This document shows, piece after piece, positions 1 to 8,957 of a stretch of DNA of 64,000 nucleotides (its first letter is position 1; every line of letters starts with the position of its first letter). The translations under genes and the position numbers were made by a program. The DNA is from an uncultured Chitinophaga sp. (GTDB lineage: Bacteria > Bacteroidota > Bacteroidia > Chitinophagales > LD1), in the NCBI GenBank assembly GCA_964631835.1, contig CAZWAD010000001.1:180063-244062 (forward strand). Reading direction: 5' to 3'. The notes under the pieces were generated by a model. The model searched no databases. It saw only the letters and a list, made by a program, of their open reading frames with translations, and had not been told where the DNA came from.

Positions 1-140
1 GGCTTTCCTTCTGTAAAGGGGACCTCAAACACAGGTCCGAAGTTTTTGATAGCGGGGTGAACAGTTCCCGGATTGGCCAGCAAAAAATATACCCCCCCGC
101 AGGCAAAAAGCACTACTAGCACAATGGATAATTTTTTCAT
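1..140 (-). CDS. N-terminal part of an exported or membrane protein; the gene runs off the window start
   Basis: The reverse complement of 138-140 is ATG. Translation MKKLSIVLVVLFACGGVYFLLANPG... has a hydrophobic signal/TM-like N-terminus and stays open to position 1. It is not in the ORF track because it is truncated. Confidence 0.35.
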   Translation of the reverse strand, partial: MKKLSIVLVVLFACGGVYFLLANPGTVHPAIKNFGPVFEVPFTEGK

Positions 141-254
141 GATGTTTTTGTTTTGGTTATTTGTAAAGGTATAATAAACAAGTTCCAAAGGCACAAAAAT
201 ATTTTCCATATACACAACTCTCGACTTACGGCTCCCAATTTTTAATATAGCCCC

Positions 255-1046
255 ATGAACAAAAACTATTGGAACCGAGTAGCTCTTACTTACGAAGATG
301 AAATATTCGATGTGTTTAGAAACAACAAAGGGCAGAAACTTCAAAAATACCTGCGCAAACACGCCAATAAAAACAAAAAGGCGATTGACTTCGGCTGCGG
401 GGTTGGAAAGGCATTTCGATATCTTTCACCAGCATATAAGAGCGTCTTGGGTGTAGATATTTCCGAAAACTGTATTCGCGCATCTAAACAAGTGGTTAAA
501 ACCAATAACTACAAAAACATTAGACTCCGGCAAATGGATTTATCGAAAAGCAAACTTAATCTACCCCCCTGCGATTTTGCTAGTTGTGTGAACGTGGCAA
601 TGCTTCCTGAGTTAGAAAAAAACGAAGCCATTATCGGCAACATTTATAAAACGCTGACAAAAAGCGGAACAGCCGTTTTTGTAGTTCCCTCACTCGAATC
701 AAAACTGTTTACCGCACAGCAGCTCATCCGATGGCATCAAAAAGACGGAATAAAAGCCCGGGAAATTCCCGATCCCGAGTTCAGCCATATCAGCAAAAAC
801 CGTAGAGCCACCCTTCAGGGATTAATAAAAATTGACACCGAAACAACCAAACACTATCTGCATGTAGAAATTCTATCTCTGTTTACTGACTTGGGTTTTG
901 ACGTTACCTCCATAGAAAAACTAGAATACGGCTGGCATACCGAGTTTGAATCACCCCCCGAATGGATGCAGGAGCCAGGCCCTTGGGATTGGCTTATAGA
1001 AGCCCAAAAGGCACGAGTTGTAAAAAAAGGGAAATTTTTTTCCTGA
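255..1046 (+). CDS. Class I SAM-dependent methyltransferase
   Basis: 263 aa with the glycine-rich SAM-binding motif I (AIDFGCGVGKAF), followed by the acidic-loop pattern VLGVDIS. Confidence 0.8.
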   Translation: MNKNYWNRVALTYEDEIFDVFRNNKGQKLQKYLRKHANKNKKAIDFGCGVGKAFRYLSPAYKSVLGVDISENCIRASKQVVKTNNYKNIRLRQMDLSKSKLNLPPCDFASCVNVAMLPELEKNEAIIGNIYKTLTKSGTAVFVVPSLESKLFTAQQLIRWHQKDGIKAREIPDPEFSHISKNRRATLQGLIKIDTETTKHYLHVEILSLFTDLGFDVTSIEKLEYGWHTEFESPPEWMQEPGPWDWLIEAQKARVVKKGKFFS

Positions 1047-1101
1047 TAACACAATAATATTTTTTACCCGCGTTTTAATGTTATAAATAAAAAAAATTAA
1101 A

Positions 1102-1338
1102 ATGATACAAAACTCTACTTCTGACCTTTTAGTCCTCCATACTTATGGCGAAACCACGTTAGAGCAAAAGGAAACAATTGCCAAGGAGTTAGCCAAAGAC
1201 GAAACCCTTCAGGAAGAATTAATGGAAATGGTGCGCGCCAAGCGACAGCTTAACTCTAAGATGAAAAGCCCGAGCCAAACCTCGTTGCGCATTATCCTGG
1301 AGCATAGTTGCAAGAGCGGACATTTGCAGGAAATTTAA
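1102..1338 (+). CDS. Small hypothetical protein
   Basis: 78-aa ORF with an ATG start, non-repetitive and charged. No recognisable motif. Confidence 0.35.
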   Translation: MIQNSTSDLLVLHTYGETTLEQKETIAKELAKDETLQEELMEMVRAKRQLNSKMKSPSQTSLRIILEHSCKSGHLQEI

Positions 1339-1433
1339 AACCCAAATTCATTATGGGCGCGAGCAGCTCCATGGCAAGCCCATACTCGATTATTTTTCTA
1401 CTTTAGTTTCTCATTCGCCAAACATATATTGTC

Positions 1434-2756
1434 ATGAGAAACTTTACCCGCCTACGTTTTCTTAACTTCTTATTCCTTGCATCTGTTCTATTTATCACAT
1501 CATGTCAGAAAAATTGTGAGGACAAACCCGTCCCGGATGATAAATGCAAAACCCTTCACCCGGTAGTTTTCCTGCATGGCTTTCTGGCTTCGGGCGATAC
1601 TTGGGCAAACCAGTTTATGCGTTTTTCATCAAATGGCTATTGCGATAACTTAATGTACGCCTACGACTGGAACAGCTTAGGAGGCGGAAGTAATGCTGCC
1701 GCTCTCGATGTGTTTATTGATACCATTCTTTCGCGCACAGGTGCTACACAAGTTGATTTAGTGGGCCATTCGGCCGGTGGCGGTTACGGATATTCATATT
1801 GCTCCGATACCACCCGCGCAAAAAAAGTAGCGCATTATGTTCACATTGGCAGCGGCTCTCAATCCTCTCCGGCAGGTGTTAATGATGAAATTCCGACCAT
1901 GAATATTTCTTCTATTGATGACAAAGCGGTGGGGGCAACGTCCATTACGGGAGCTACCAATGTTGAGCTGCCGGGTAAAGACCACTATCAGGTGGCTACA
2001 TGTGAAGAAACCTTTAGCGAGATTTACAAATTTTTCAATAGTGGAATAGCCCCTCAAACAGTCTCTATTACACCCGAAAGCAGCATCAATGTTTCAGGTA
2101 AGGCATTAACCTTAGGCGAGAATGCACCCCACAACGGAGCAACCATCCACATTTATGAAGTAAATCCGGACGATGGCTTGCGGAGGCATTCTTTTCCCGA
2201 TTACAGCTTAACCTCTGATTCCGAAGGAAAATGGGGCCCGCAGGAAATAAAGGCAAATACAAAATATGAATTTGAAATCACCAGCCCGGTAGCTAACGAC
2301 CGTATTGTACATTACTACCGCGAAGGATTCTCACGCTCTAACGCATTAGTGTACTTGCGTACAGTGCCCCCGGCTTCAACCCTCGCAGGCACTTTATTGT
2401 CTTCCATTCCTAAGAATGACAATCAAAGCGTACTTGCCGTGTTCACAGCTAACCAGGCAACCGTTGCCGGGAGAGATTCTTTGGTGGTGGATAATGTAGT
2501 CATGTCAACCAGTTCCATTACTCCGGCTTCAGCTACAATAATCGCGATGTTTTTATATGACGATAATAACAATCAGCAAACGGATTTGACCACTCCATTT
2601 ACATTTACCCTTCTCACTTCATTCCTGACAGCCCGCGATTTTTATTTACAAACTTCTACCCCCTACGCAATTCCATTGCGTTTCAACGGGCGAACTTTGC
2701 ACGTACCAAACCTGAAGTCACAATCAGAGGGTGTAATTGTAGCCGTATTTGATTGA
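1434..2756 (+). CDS. Alpha/beta-hydrolase lipoprotein (lipase/esterase-like)
   Basis: 440 aa. Lipoprotein-type signal ending LFITSC, oxyanion-type VVFLHGF, and nucleophile elbow GHSAGG (GxSxG). Confidence 0.75.
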   Translation: MRNFTRLRFLNFLFLASVLFITSCQKNCEDKPVPDDKCKTLHPVVFLHGFLASGDTWANQFMRFSSNGYCDNLMYAYDWNSLGGGSNAAALDVFIDTILSRTGATQVDLVGHSAGGGYGYSYCSDTTRAKKVAHYVHIGSGSQSSPAGVNDEIPTMNISSIDDKAVGATSITGATNVELPGKDHYQVATCEETFSEIYKFFNSGIAPQTVSITPESSINVSGKALTLGENAPHNGATIHIYEVNPDDGLRRHSFPDYSLTSDSEGKWGPQEIKANTKYEFEITSPVANDRIVHYYREGFSRSNALVYLRTVPPASTLAGTLLSSIPKNDNQSVLAVFTANQATVAGRDSLVVDNVVMSTSSITPASATIIAMFLYDDNNNQQTDLTTPFTFTLLTSFLTARDFYLQTSTPYAIPLRFNGRTLHVPNLKSQSEGVIVAVFD

Positions 2757-2830
2757 CGCATAAAAAGAATAACAGTGCGGAAATGAAAAGTTACATTTAC
2801 AATAGAATCACTTTTTAAACATTTAAAACA

Positions 2831-3877
2831 ATGAACAAAATGGCAGACGAAAGAAAAGAAAAAATGAAAGCACTTCAGCTTACTGTAGAAAAGCTGGACA
2901 AAGCGTACGGCAAGGGAACAATTATGAAATTGGGCGACTCAAAAGTGATGGGTGTGGAATCGATTCCTACCGGCTCGCTCGGCCTGGATATAGCCCTTGG
3001 TATCGGAGGTCTGCCAAGAGGAAGGGTGGTGGAAATTTACGGACCCGAATCGTCAGGTAAAACAACATTGGCTATACAGGCAATTGCCAACGCACAAAAA
3101 GCCGGAGGCATAGCGGCATTTATTGACGCGGAACACGCTTTTGATAAAACGTATGCAGAAAAATTAGGCGTAGATGTAAACAACCTGCTTATATCTCAGC
3201 CCGATGATGGCGAGCAGGCACTTGACATTACAGAACACCTTATCCGTTCAGGCGCCATTGACATTATTGTTATTGACTCGGTAGCGGCTCTTGTTCCCCG
3301 CGGAGAACTGGAGGGCGAAATGGGCGAAAGCAAAATGGGATTACATGCGCGCTTGATGAGCCAGGCATTACGCAAACTAACAGGAACAATTTCTAAAACC
3401 GGCTGCTGTTGTATTTTCATCAACCAGCTTCGCGAGAAAATTGGTGTAATGTTCGGAAACCCGGAAACTACTACCGGTGGCAATGCTTTGAAGTTCTATG
3501 CTTCGGTGCGATTAGACATTCGGAGAATCGGCCAGTTGAAAGACGGAGAATCTGTAACCGGCAACCGCACCCGGGTGAAAGTGGTGAAAAACAAAATGGC
3601 CCCACCGTTCCGCACCTGCGAATTCGATATTATGTACGGGCAAGGTGTTTCCAAAAACGGTGAAATCATTGACATGGGAAGCGATTTAGGTGTGCTCCAA
3701 AAAAGCGGTTCATGGTACAGCTATGAAGGAACAAAACTCGGGCAGGGCCGCGATGGCGTAAAGCAAATGCTGGATGACAACCCGGGTTTAGCCGCAGAAA
3801 TTGAAACGAAAATTAAAACCAAAGTAATGGCGGGAATAGAAGTAGTAAAACCCGAAGCCGTTACCGAAGAGGAATAA
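2831..3877 (+). CDS. recA: Recombinase RecA
   Basis: 348 aa. Walker [15 protein letters not shown] and FIDAEHAFD; canonical RecA sequence throughout. Confidence 0.97.
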   Translation: MNKMADERKEKMKALQLTVEKLDKAYGKGTIMKLGDSKVMGVESIPTGSLGLDIALGIGGLPRGRVVEIYGPESSGKTTLAIQAIANAQKAGGIAAFIDAEHAFDKTYAEKLGVDVNNLLISQPDDGEQALDITEHLIRSGAIDIIVIDSVAALVPRGELEGEMGESKMGLHARLMSQALRKLTGTISKTGCCCIFINQLREKIGVMFGNPETTTGGNALKFYASVRLDIRRIGQLKDGESVTGNRTRVKVVKNKMAPPFRTCEFDIMYGQGVSKNGEIIDMGSDLGVLQKSGSWYSYEGTKLGQGRDGVKQMLDDNPGLAAEIETKIKTKVMAGIEVVKPEAVTEEE

Positions 3878-3904
3878 ATCATTTATTTTTGTAAAAAATA
3901 TTCT

Positions 3905-4090
3905 ATGTCGGGGATCAGTTTTGTTTCAGATGAAAAAGGAAATACCACTGCTGTGATGATTGATTTGAAAAAATATCGCAGAGTTTGGGAAGATTTTTAT
4001 GACAGGCTAATTATTGAGCAGAGGAAAAAAGAGCGCAGAATAAATTGGGAAACGGCAAAAAGAACCCTCAAGCAAACTAAAGCAAAATAG
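3905..4090 (+). CDS. Putative antitoxin of a type II TA pair
   Basis: 61-aa ORF immediately upstream of the RelE-like gene. Its TAG stop overlaps the GTG start of the toxin (TAGTG at 4088-4092). Confidence 0.55.
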   Translation: MSGISFVSDEKGNTTAVMIDLKKYRRVWEDFYDRLIIEQRKKERRINWETAKRTLKQTKAK

Positions 4091-4353
4091 TGGTTTATAT
4101 TGTTTTAGTCACCAAATCAGCGCTTAAGCAAATTAGCAAGTTACCCCCCGATTATCAGAAAACAATTATTTCGAAAATAGACTCGCTTGCAAACAATCCG
4201 CGTCCTTATGGCTGTGAAAAATTGCAGGGTGCTAAAAATGATTACAGGATCAGAGTAGGCGTTTACCGGGTTGTCTATTCGGTTTTTGATAAGGAGTTGC
4301 TGGTGGAGGTGGTAGATGTTGACCACCGGAAGCAGGTTTATCGGAATTTGTAA
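4090..4353 (+). CDS. RelE/ParE-family type II toxin (mRNA interferase)
   Basis: 87 aa. Typical RelE/StbE layout: ...LPPDYQKTIISKIDSLANNPRPYGCEKLQG..DYRIRVGVYRVVYSV.D..LLVEVVDVDHRKQVYR. Confidence 0.8.
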   Translation: MVYIVLVTKSALKQISKLPPDYQKTIISKIDSLANNPRPYGCEKLQGAKNDYRIRVGVYRVVYSVFDKELLVEVVDVDHRKQVYRNL

Positions 4354-4407
4354 TTTTAAAATCCGCTCATTGTAGTGGGTTTTTTGTTTTACTTTGATTG
4401 AAAATCT

Positions 4408-5559
4408 ATGCTTATGAAAAAAGCTTTACTCACTCCGCTTCTTTTCATTGTTTCTTTTTCAGTATTCAGCGCTACCATAACACTCAACATGGTGTATGAC
4501 GATAGCGCAAGAAGTTTTCTCGTTCATTTTCCTCCCGGCTTCAGCAATGCGCAGCATCTTCCCCTTGTTATCAATATGCACGGGCTTGGCTCCAATGGCG
4601 CACAGCAGGAGTTTTACTCGCGAATGAGCGAAACTTCCGATGCCAATAATTTTGTGGTGTGTTACCCGAACGGATTAAGCAGCCGGTGGAACTCCGGTTT
4701 TGTTCCTCCATACAATGGCGGGGTTGATGATGTTGGTTTTATTTCAAAAATTATTGACACGCTTTACCAGCTTTACAACATTAACCTCACGCGCGTTTAT
4801 GCCTGCGGCATGAGCAACGGAGGGTTTCAAAGCTACCGCCTTGCCTGCGATTTGGAAAACCGCATTGCCGCCATTGCTTCGGTTACCGGTAACATCAGCG
4901 AATTGACTGCCCTTAATTGCGTGCTTTCGCGCAAGGTGCCGGTGCTGCATATTCACGGAACGGAAGACCCACTGGTTCCGTATGACGGTGAAACCGGGAT
5001 TAAATCAGTGGAAGAAACCATCAGTTTCTGGCTTACGAAAAATCAGTGCAGCGCAGCGAATGATACTGTTCATTACCCCGATATTGACCCGAATGACAGT
5101 TCAACAGTTGAACGTATTCGCTACGCCACTTGCGGCAGCGGAACCGAAGTAATGTTTTACAAGATTACCGGTGGCGGACATACCTGGCCGAATGCCTACA
5201 TCAATTTCATCTATGGACCCACCAACCGCGACTTTGATGCTTCGCAGGAAATATGGGATTTTTTTAACCGCTTTACCTTAAACGGACCGGTGGCGCTTAA
5301 TGAAATCAGGAATAATGAAATGGAAGTAAGTGTTTTTCCGAATCCGGTAGAGAATAGTTGCAGGTTACAGGTTACAGGTTACAGGTTGGAAGAAAATCTT
5401 AAGGCTGAAATATTTGATTTGACCGGAAGAAAAATTTTCGAACAAAATATTGTTTCTCCTTCTGCAAACCTGAGTTTATCAGAAGTTGAGAAAGGAGTTT
5501 ATTTTCTGAAAGTAGAAGGGAAGCAGTTTTCTTTTACTCAACGGATAGTTAAACAATAA
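4408..5559 (+). CDS. Secreted PHB-depolymerase-family esterase with a T9SS C-terminal sorting domain
   Basis: 383 aa. Signal peptide, GxSxG nucleophile CGMSNGG, HGTEDPLVPY, and a C-terminal ~80 aa of FPNPVEN...GVYFLKVEG type (Por/T9SS CTD). Confidence 0.8.
   Translation: MLMKKALLTPLLFIVSFSVFSATITLNMVYDDSARSFLVHFPPGFSNAQHLPLVINMHGLGSNGAQQEFYSRMSETSDANNFVVCYPNGLSSRWNSGFVPPYNGGVDDVGFISKIIDTLYQLYNINLTRVYACGMSNGGFQSYRLACDLENRIAAIASVTGNISELTALNCVLSRKVPVLHIHGTEDPLVPYDGETGIKSVEETISFWLTKNQCSAANDTVHYPDIDPNDSSTVERIRYATCGSGTEVMFYKITGGGHTWPNAYINFIYGPTNRDFDASQEIWDFFNRFTLNGPVALNEIRNNEMEVSVFPNPVENSCRLQVTGYRLEENLKAEIFDLTGRKIFEQNIVSPSANLSLSEVEKGVYFLKVEGKQFSFTQRIVKQ
5361..5388 (+). repeat. Heptanucleotide microsatellite (CAGGTTA)x3 plus a partial CAGGTTG, inside the CTD-coding part of CDS 4408..5559
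   Basis: Direct reading: caggtta caggtta caggtta caggttg. The unit length is not a multiple of 3. Confidence 0.9.
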
Positions 5560-5720
5560 AGACGCCTGAAAGCTTTCCGGAAATAAATTTGTTCATTTCA
5601 ATTATTCTGCATTCTTTTACAACCGGAACACGCAAATTCACTGACCATGAATTTTTCTTTAAACTTCTCTCCCATAATTTCTTCTGCTTTTGCAGCAAGC
5701 AATTTGAATATTGTACAACA

Positions 5721-5731
5721 GGGGGGGGGGG
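5721..5731. repeat. G11 homopolymer tract
   Basis: Direct reading: aaca + 11 G + tacgcg, in the intergenic region about 80 bp upstream of array A. Confidence 0.95.
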
Positions 5732-5812
5732 TACGCGCGTAGCTTAACACACAGCTTTCATTTTTCCAATAGTTTACCGCAAATAATTTGTGAGGGCACA
5801 GCCGCCACCCCG

Positions 5813-6043
5813 AATATTTTTCAAAATCTGTGCTTTCCCCGCCCGGGGGGGATTGGGCATATTCTCAAAAATATGGCTTTCCCCCGTCCGGCTTTAGGTC
5901 ATATTTTCAAAAATATGAGGTTCCCCCGCCCAGCCGGAGGCCATATTTTCAAAAATACGGGCTTCTCCTGCCCTTCCGAAGCTCATATTTTCAAGAATAT
6001 GAGGTTTCCCCGCCCAGCCGGAGGGCATATTTTTAAAAATATA
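5813..6043. repeat. Tandem array A: 6 units, 42-bp period, each with an 18-bp AT-only dyad plus a 24-nt GC-rich segment
   Basis: Unit starts at 5858, 5900, 5942, 5984 and 6026 are exactly 42 bp apart; a degenerate first unit starts near 5813. Dyad is CATATTTT-CA-AAAATATG. Confidence 0.9.
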
Positions 6044-6113
6044 GGCACTAAAACCCCTGTTTTCATTCAAATTCTTCAAAAAACCAATTAAATAACCCTA
6101 AAACCAAGCCGCT

Positions 6114-7298
6114 ATGCCAGTAATTAGCCGTCCCGACACGAACCAAAAGCGCCTGATGGCGCTGCAAACCGCCAAAACCAAAGCCGATAACACCGCACCG
6201 GGCGATTTGGCTTTTTCAGCTGCCACGCTTACCCGCCTCAACGCTTCGCTGCCGGTTTACGAAACCGAGCTGCAGCAAGAGGGCAGCGCGCTAAGTGCAC
6301 AAGTGGCTGCCAGCAACACCGCCATTTCGGCAAAGGCAAGGCTCAAAATGTTTATCTCGCACTTTTTTCAGGTGTTTAACTTCGGTGTTTCGCGCGGAGT
6401 TTATACTGCCGACCAGCGGGCGCATTTTAACCTCGATGTAAGCAGCGATGACCTGCCGCGCCTCATTACCGAACAGGAAATTGCCAACTGGGGCGCGCAA
6501 ATTGTAAGTGGCGATGCGGCACGCGTAGCAGCCGGTGGTGCGGCAATGGCTAATCCATCAGCTGCGCAAGTGGGCGCTGAGCATACGCTGTATGTGGCAG
6601 CTCAGGCTGACCAAAGCACCAAAAAAGATGCTTACGATGAAGAGCAGGAAGAAGTGGCGGCACTGAACGAAGATACCGATGACCTGATTGCCGATATTTG
6701 GGATGAAGTGGCTTTTACTTTCCGTAAAGACAACCCCGCATCGAGGCGCAGAAAAATGCGCGAATACGGGGTGGTGTTTGAGCAAAGCCCCGGTGAAAAC
6801 CCCGACCCGGCTGAGTTTTCGTTTATGGGGCGCGTAACCGATGGCAACGGCAACCCTATAAACGATGCCGTGGTGGAAATTGTGCAAACCGGTGGTGTTA
6901 TACTGACCGATAACAACGGTAATTATCTGATACCGCTTCTGCCACCGGGCAACTATACGCTCAACTATCACAAAGCCGGGCATGTGGACCAGCAGCGCGA
7001 TAACCAAACTGCCGCACCGGGAATTATTACCGAAATAAATGTCATCCTGCTGGCCTATGGAACCGTAAGCGGCACTGTAACCGACACCGGAATACCTTCC
7101 GCCAATGCAACTATTACCCTTAACGGCACTGGTTTAAGCGCCAACAGCGGTGCGGGAGGCAATTTCAGTTTTCCGGAAGTGGAACCGGGCAGCTATACCA
7201 TCAGCGCATTCCTGAGCACCAACCCTGCCAACATCAAAACTCAAAACATCACGGTTATTTCAGGCGGTAGTGTGGTGGTGAGTTTTAGTTTTCCGTAG
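6114..7298 (+). CDS. Hypothetical protein with two C-terminal carboxypeptidase-regulatory-like (beta-sandwich) domains
   Basis: 394 aa with no signal peptide. Two repeats of the G.V.D..G.P...A.V......T...G.Y....L.PG.Y type (GRVTDGNGNPINDAVVEI...PGNYTL and GTVTDTGIPSANATITL...PGSYTI). Confidence 0.7.
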   Translation: MPVISRPDTNQKRLMALQTAKTKADNTAPGDLAFSAATLTRLNASLPVYETELQQEGSALSAQVAASNTAISAKARLKMFISHFFQVFNFGVSRGVYTADQRAHFNLDVSSDDLPRLITEQEIANWGAQIVSGDAARVAAGGAAMANPSAAQVGAEHTLYVAAQADQSTKKDAYDEEQEEVAALNEDTDDLIADIWDEVAFTFRKDNPASRRRKMREYGVVFEQSPGENPDPAEFSFMGRVTDGNGNPINDAVVEIVQTGGVILTDNNGNYLIPLLPPGNYTLNYHKAGHVDQQRDNQTAAPGIITEINVILLAYGTVSGTVTDTGIPSANATITLNGTGLSANSGAGGNFSFPEVEPGSYTISAFLSTNPANIKTQNITVISGGSVVVSFSFP

Positions 7299-7355
7299 AA
7301 GAAGTTGGGAATTTTGAGCGGGAAGAATATTTTTAAACAACACAAACAAAAAATT

Positions 7356-8834
7356 ATGAGAAGAATTCTAATTCTCTTCGCTTTTGGTTTTTTCGGCTTG
7401 GTGCGGGCGCAAACTCCGTTGGATATTACTTTGGTTAAAAATGGACTTGACCCAAAAAAAGGAGAGCGACTGATGGGAATAATTGGCAGTCGCACAGAGG
7501 GGTTGTGTCTTGTTTGGTCAGATAAATCTGAAAATCTGTTTATTGGAAAATTGATGCCCGATAACAACATTGAAAGAAAACAATCGGTGCCTTTGGGTGA
7601 TAAGAATAAACTGACATATATACTCGAATCACCTGATGGGACTCCCTTTTATAAACTTGGCAACAAATATCTATACATAAGCAATGATTATTCACAACGC
7701 ACAGTTGGTGCTTATGAATTAGACATAAAGGATGGAAAAATTAAAACTCCTTTCAAAAATTTAGCTACGGAAGACAAAACAAGCACAAGAGAAAATTGGA
7801 ATATCTGGGTTTCTTCTAACAATAGCAAATTATGGATTGTCCAACCATATCCAACCTCAAAGAAAGTAATGCAAAAAGTTTGTACCGTTTTTGATGAAAA
7901 TTTGAAACAGATAAAAAGGTCGATAGTCGATTTTGGGTTGGAAAGAAAGGTCATTGACATTATGAGTTATGCCACTGATGAGAAAGACCTTTATTGTTTA
8001 TATAGGAAAATGGATCAGAACCATTCCGTTTTGGAAATAGTAAAGCTGAACGGGGAGACACCAGAAAAAGTTGCATCATTTACTATGAATGACATAGACG
8101 CATCCAGTTCATATTTTCGAGGATATATGAAAGCAGAACTGAAGATTTATAAAGGGAGTATGTCAGCGGTAGGTTATTATGCCAAAGATAATGCTGGTGT
8201 AAACGGCATTTTTGTTTGTCAGGTGCTTAATGGAAAGCAAGAGGATGTTCGGTATTATCCTTTTGATGAAGCCTTAGCTAAGCGATATGGGGAATCGTGT
8301 AAACACGCTGCTTCACATAAAAAAGATTATGGCGCACACTCTGATGAACTACGATTACATAGTGTTACTCTTGACCCTGATAACGGAGATCTCTACATTA
8401 CCGGACAACCTGAATATGATAATATAACCAACCAAGAGAACTATTGGTACTCCAGAGGAAATATTTACATGGCAAGAATTAGCCAAGCCGGCTTGTTGAT
8501 ATATAGTGTTAAAATACCTAACCAAAGAACCAATAATCATAGTGTCAGCTACTATAACCTGTTGAGCAATCACAAACAGTACGTCCTTTTCTGCGATTCA
8601 AAGGACAACACAAATAGTATTGCTCAAACCGATAAAAAACCGGTGGAGTTAAAAGTAAGTGCCAATGGTGATGATGTTGTTGTCGTGATAGATGAGAAGG
8701 GCGAAATGAAAAGGTATCTAACAGGTTTATCCGGTGGCGCGACTGACGCATACCAAGAAAAACCAATGCAAACAGATTCAAATGAATTTATGTTTAAAGC
8801 GGGCAAAGATTTAATTTTTATTAAACCGAGGTAA
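7356..8834 (+). CDS. Hypothetical exported protein (low-GC gene)
   Basis: The ORF-track frame is 7305..8834. I prefer the internal ATG at 7356, which gives a clean signal peptide MRRILILFAFGFFGLVRAQ. No recognisable domain. Confidence 0.7.
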   Translation: MRRILILFAFGFFGLVRAQTPLDITLVKNGLDPKKGERLMGIIGSRTEGLCLVWSDKSENLFIGKLMPDNNIERKQSVPLGDKNKLTYILESPDGTPFYKLGNKYLYISNDYSQRTVGAYELDIKDGKIKTPFKNLATEDKTSTRENWNIWVSSNNSKLWIVQPYPTSKKVMQKVCTVFDENLKQIKRSIVDFGLERKVIDIMSYATDEKDLYCLYRKMDQNHSVLEIVKLNGETPEKVASFTMNDIDASSSYFRGYMKAELKIYKGSMSAVGYYAKDNAGVNGIFVCQVLNGKQEDVRYYPFDEALAKRYGESCKHAASHKKDYGAHSDELRLHSVTLDPDNGDLYITGQPEYDNITNQENYWYSRGNIYMARISQAGLLIYSVKIPNQRTNNHSVSYYNLLSNHKQYVLFCDSKDNTNSIAQTDKKPVELKVSANGDDVVVVIDEKGEMKRYLTGLSGGATDAYQEKPMQTDSNEFMFKAGKDLIFIKPR

Positions 8835-8957
8835 TTTAAGTCCCCCCTTTAGTTTAATACCGTTGAAGTCCGCGCCCCCGCCCCTTTGCGCATTTATCAC
8901 CCTCCATTTTGTAAACTTGTTCTTAATTACGAACTTGTTTCGCCAATTTCAACTCTT

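Noticed and set aside
5813-6043. Array A as a CRISPR array
   Set aside because: The period is only 42 bp. The 'spacers' (24 nt) are conserved between units rather than unique. The repeat is an AT-only dyad. No cas genes are in the window.
5711-6091. Track ORFs 5711..6091, 5830..6036 and 5894..6079 as protein-coding genes
   Set aside because: All three overlap the same 42-bp tandem array and stay open only because the period is a multiple of 3. Starts are TTG or internal, and the peptides are pure repeat. I kept this as an alternative hypothesis but did not call any CDS.
6558-7007. 149-aa minus-strand ORF (also 14575..15096 plus, 14006..14458 minus, 16153..16593 plus)
   Set aside because: These are shadow ORFs inside longer, better-supported genes on the opposite strand.
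8886-8957. N-terminal extensions of several track ORFs (8886, 7305, 16771, 19147, 31788, 31663, 52359, 54214, 30590)
   Set aside because: In each case an internal ATG or GTG gives a canonical signal peptide or the family-typical N-terminus. The extensions begin with TTG or add implausible sequence.
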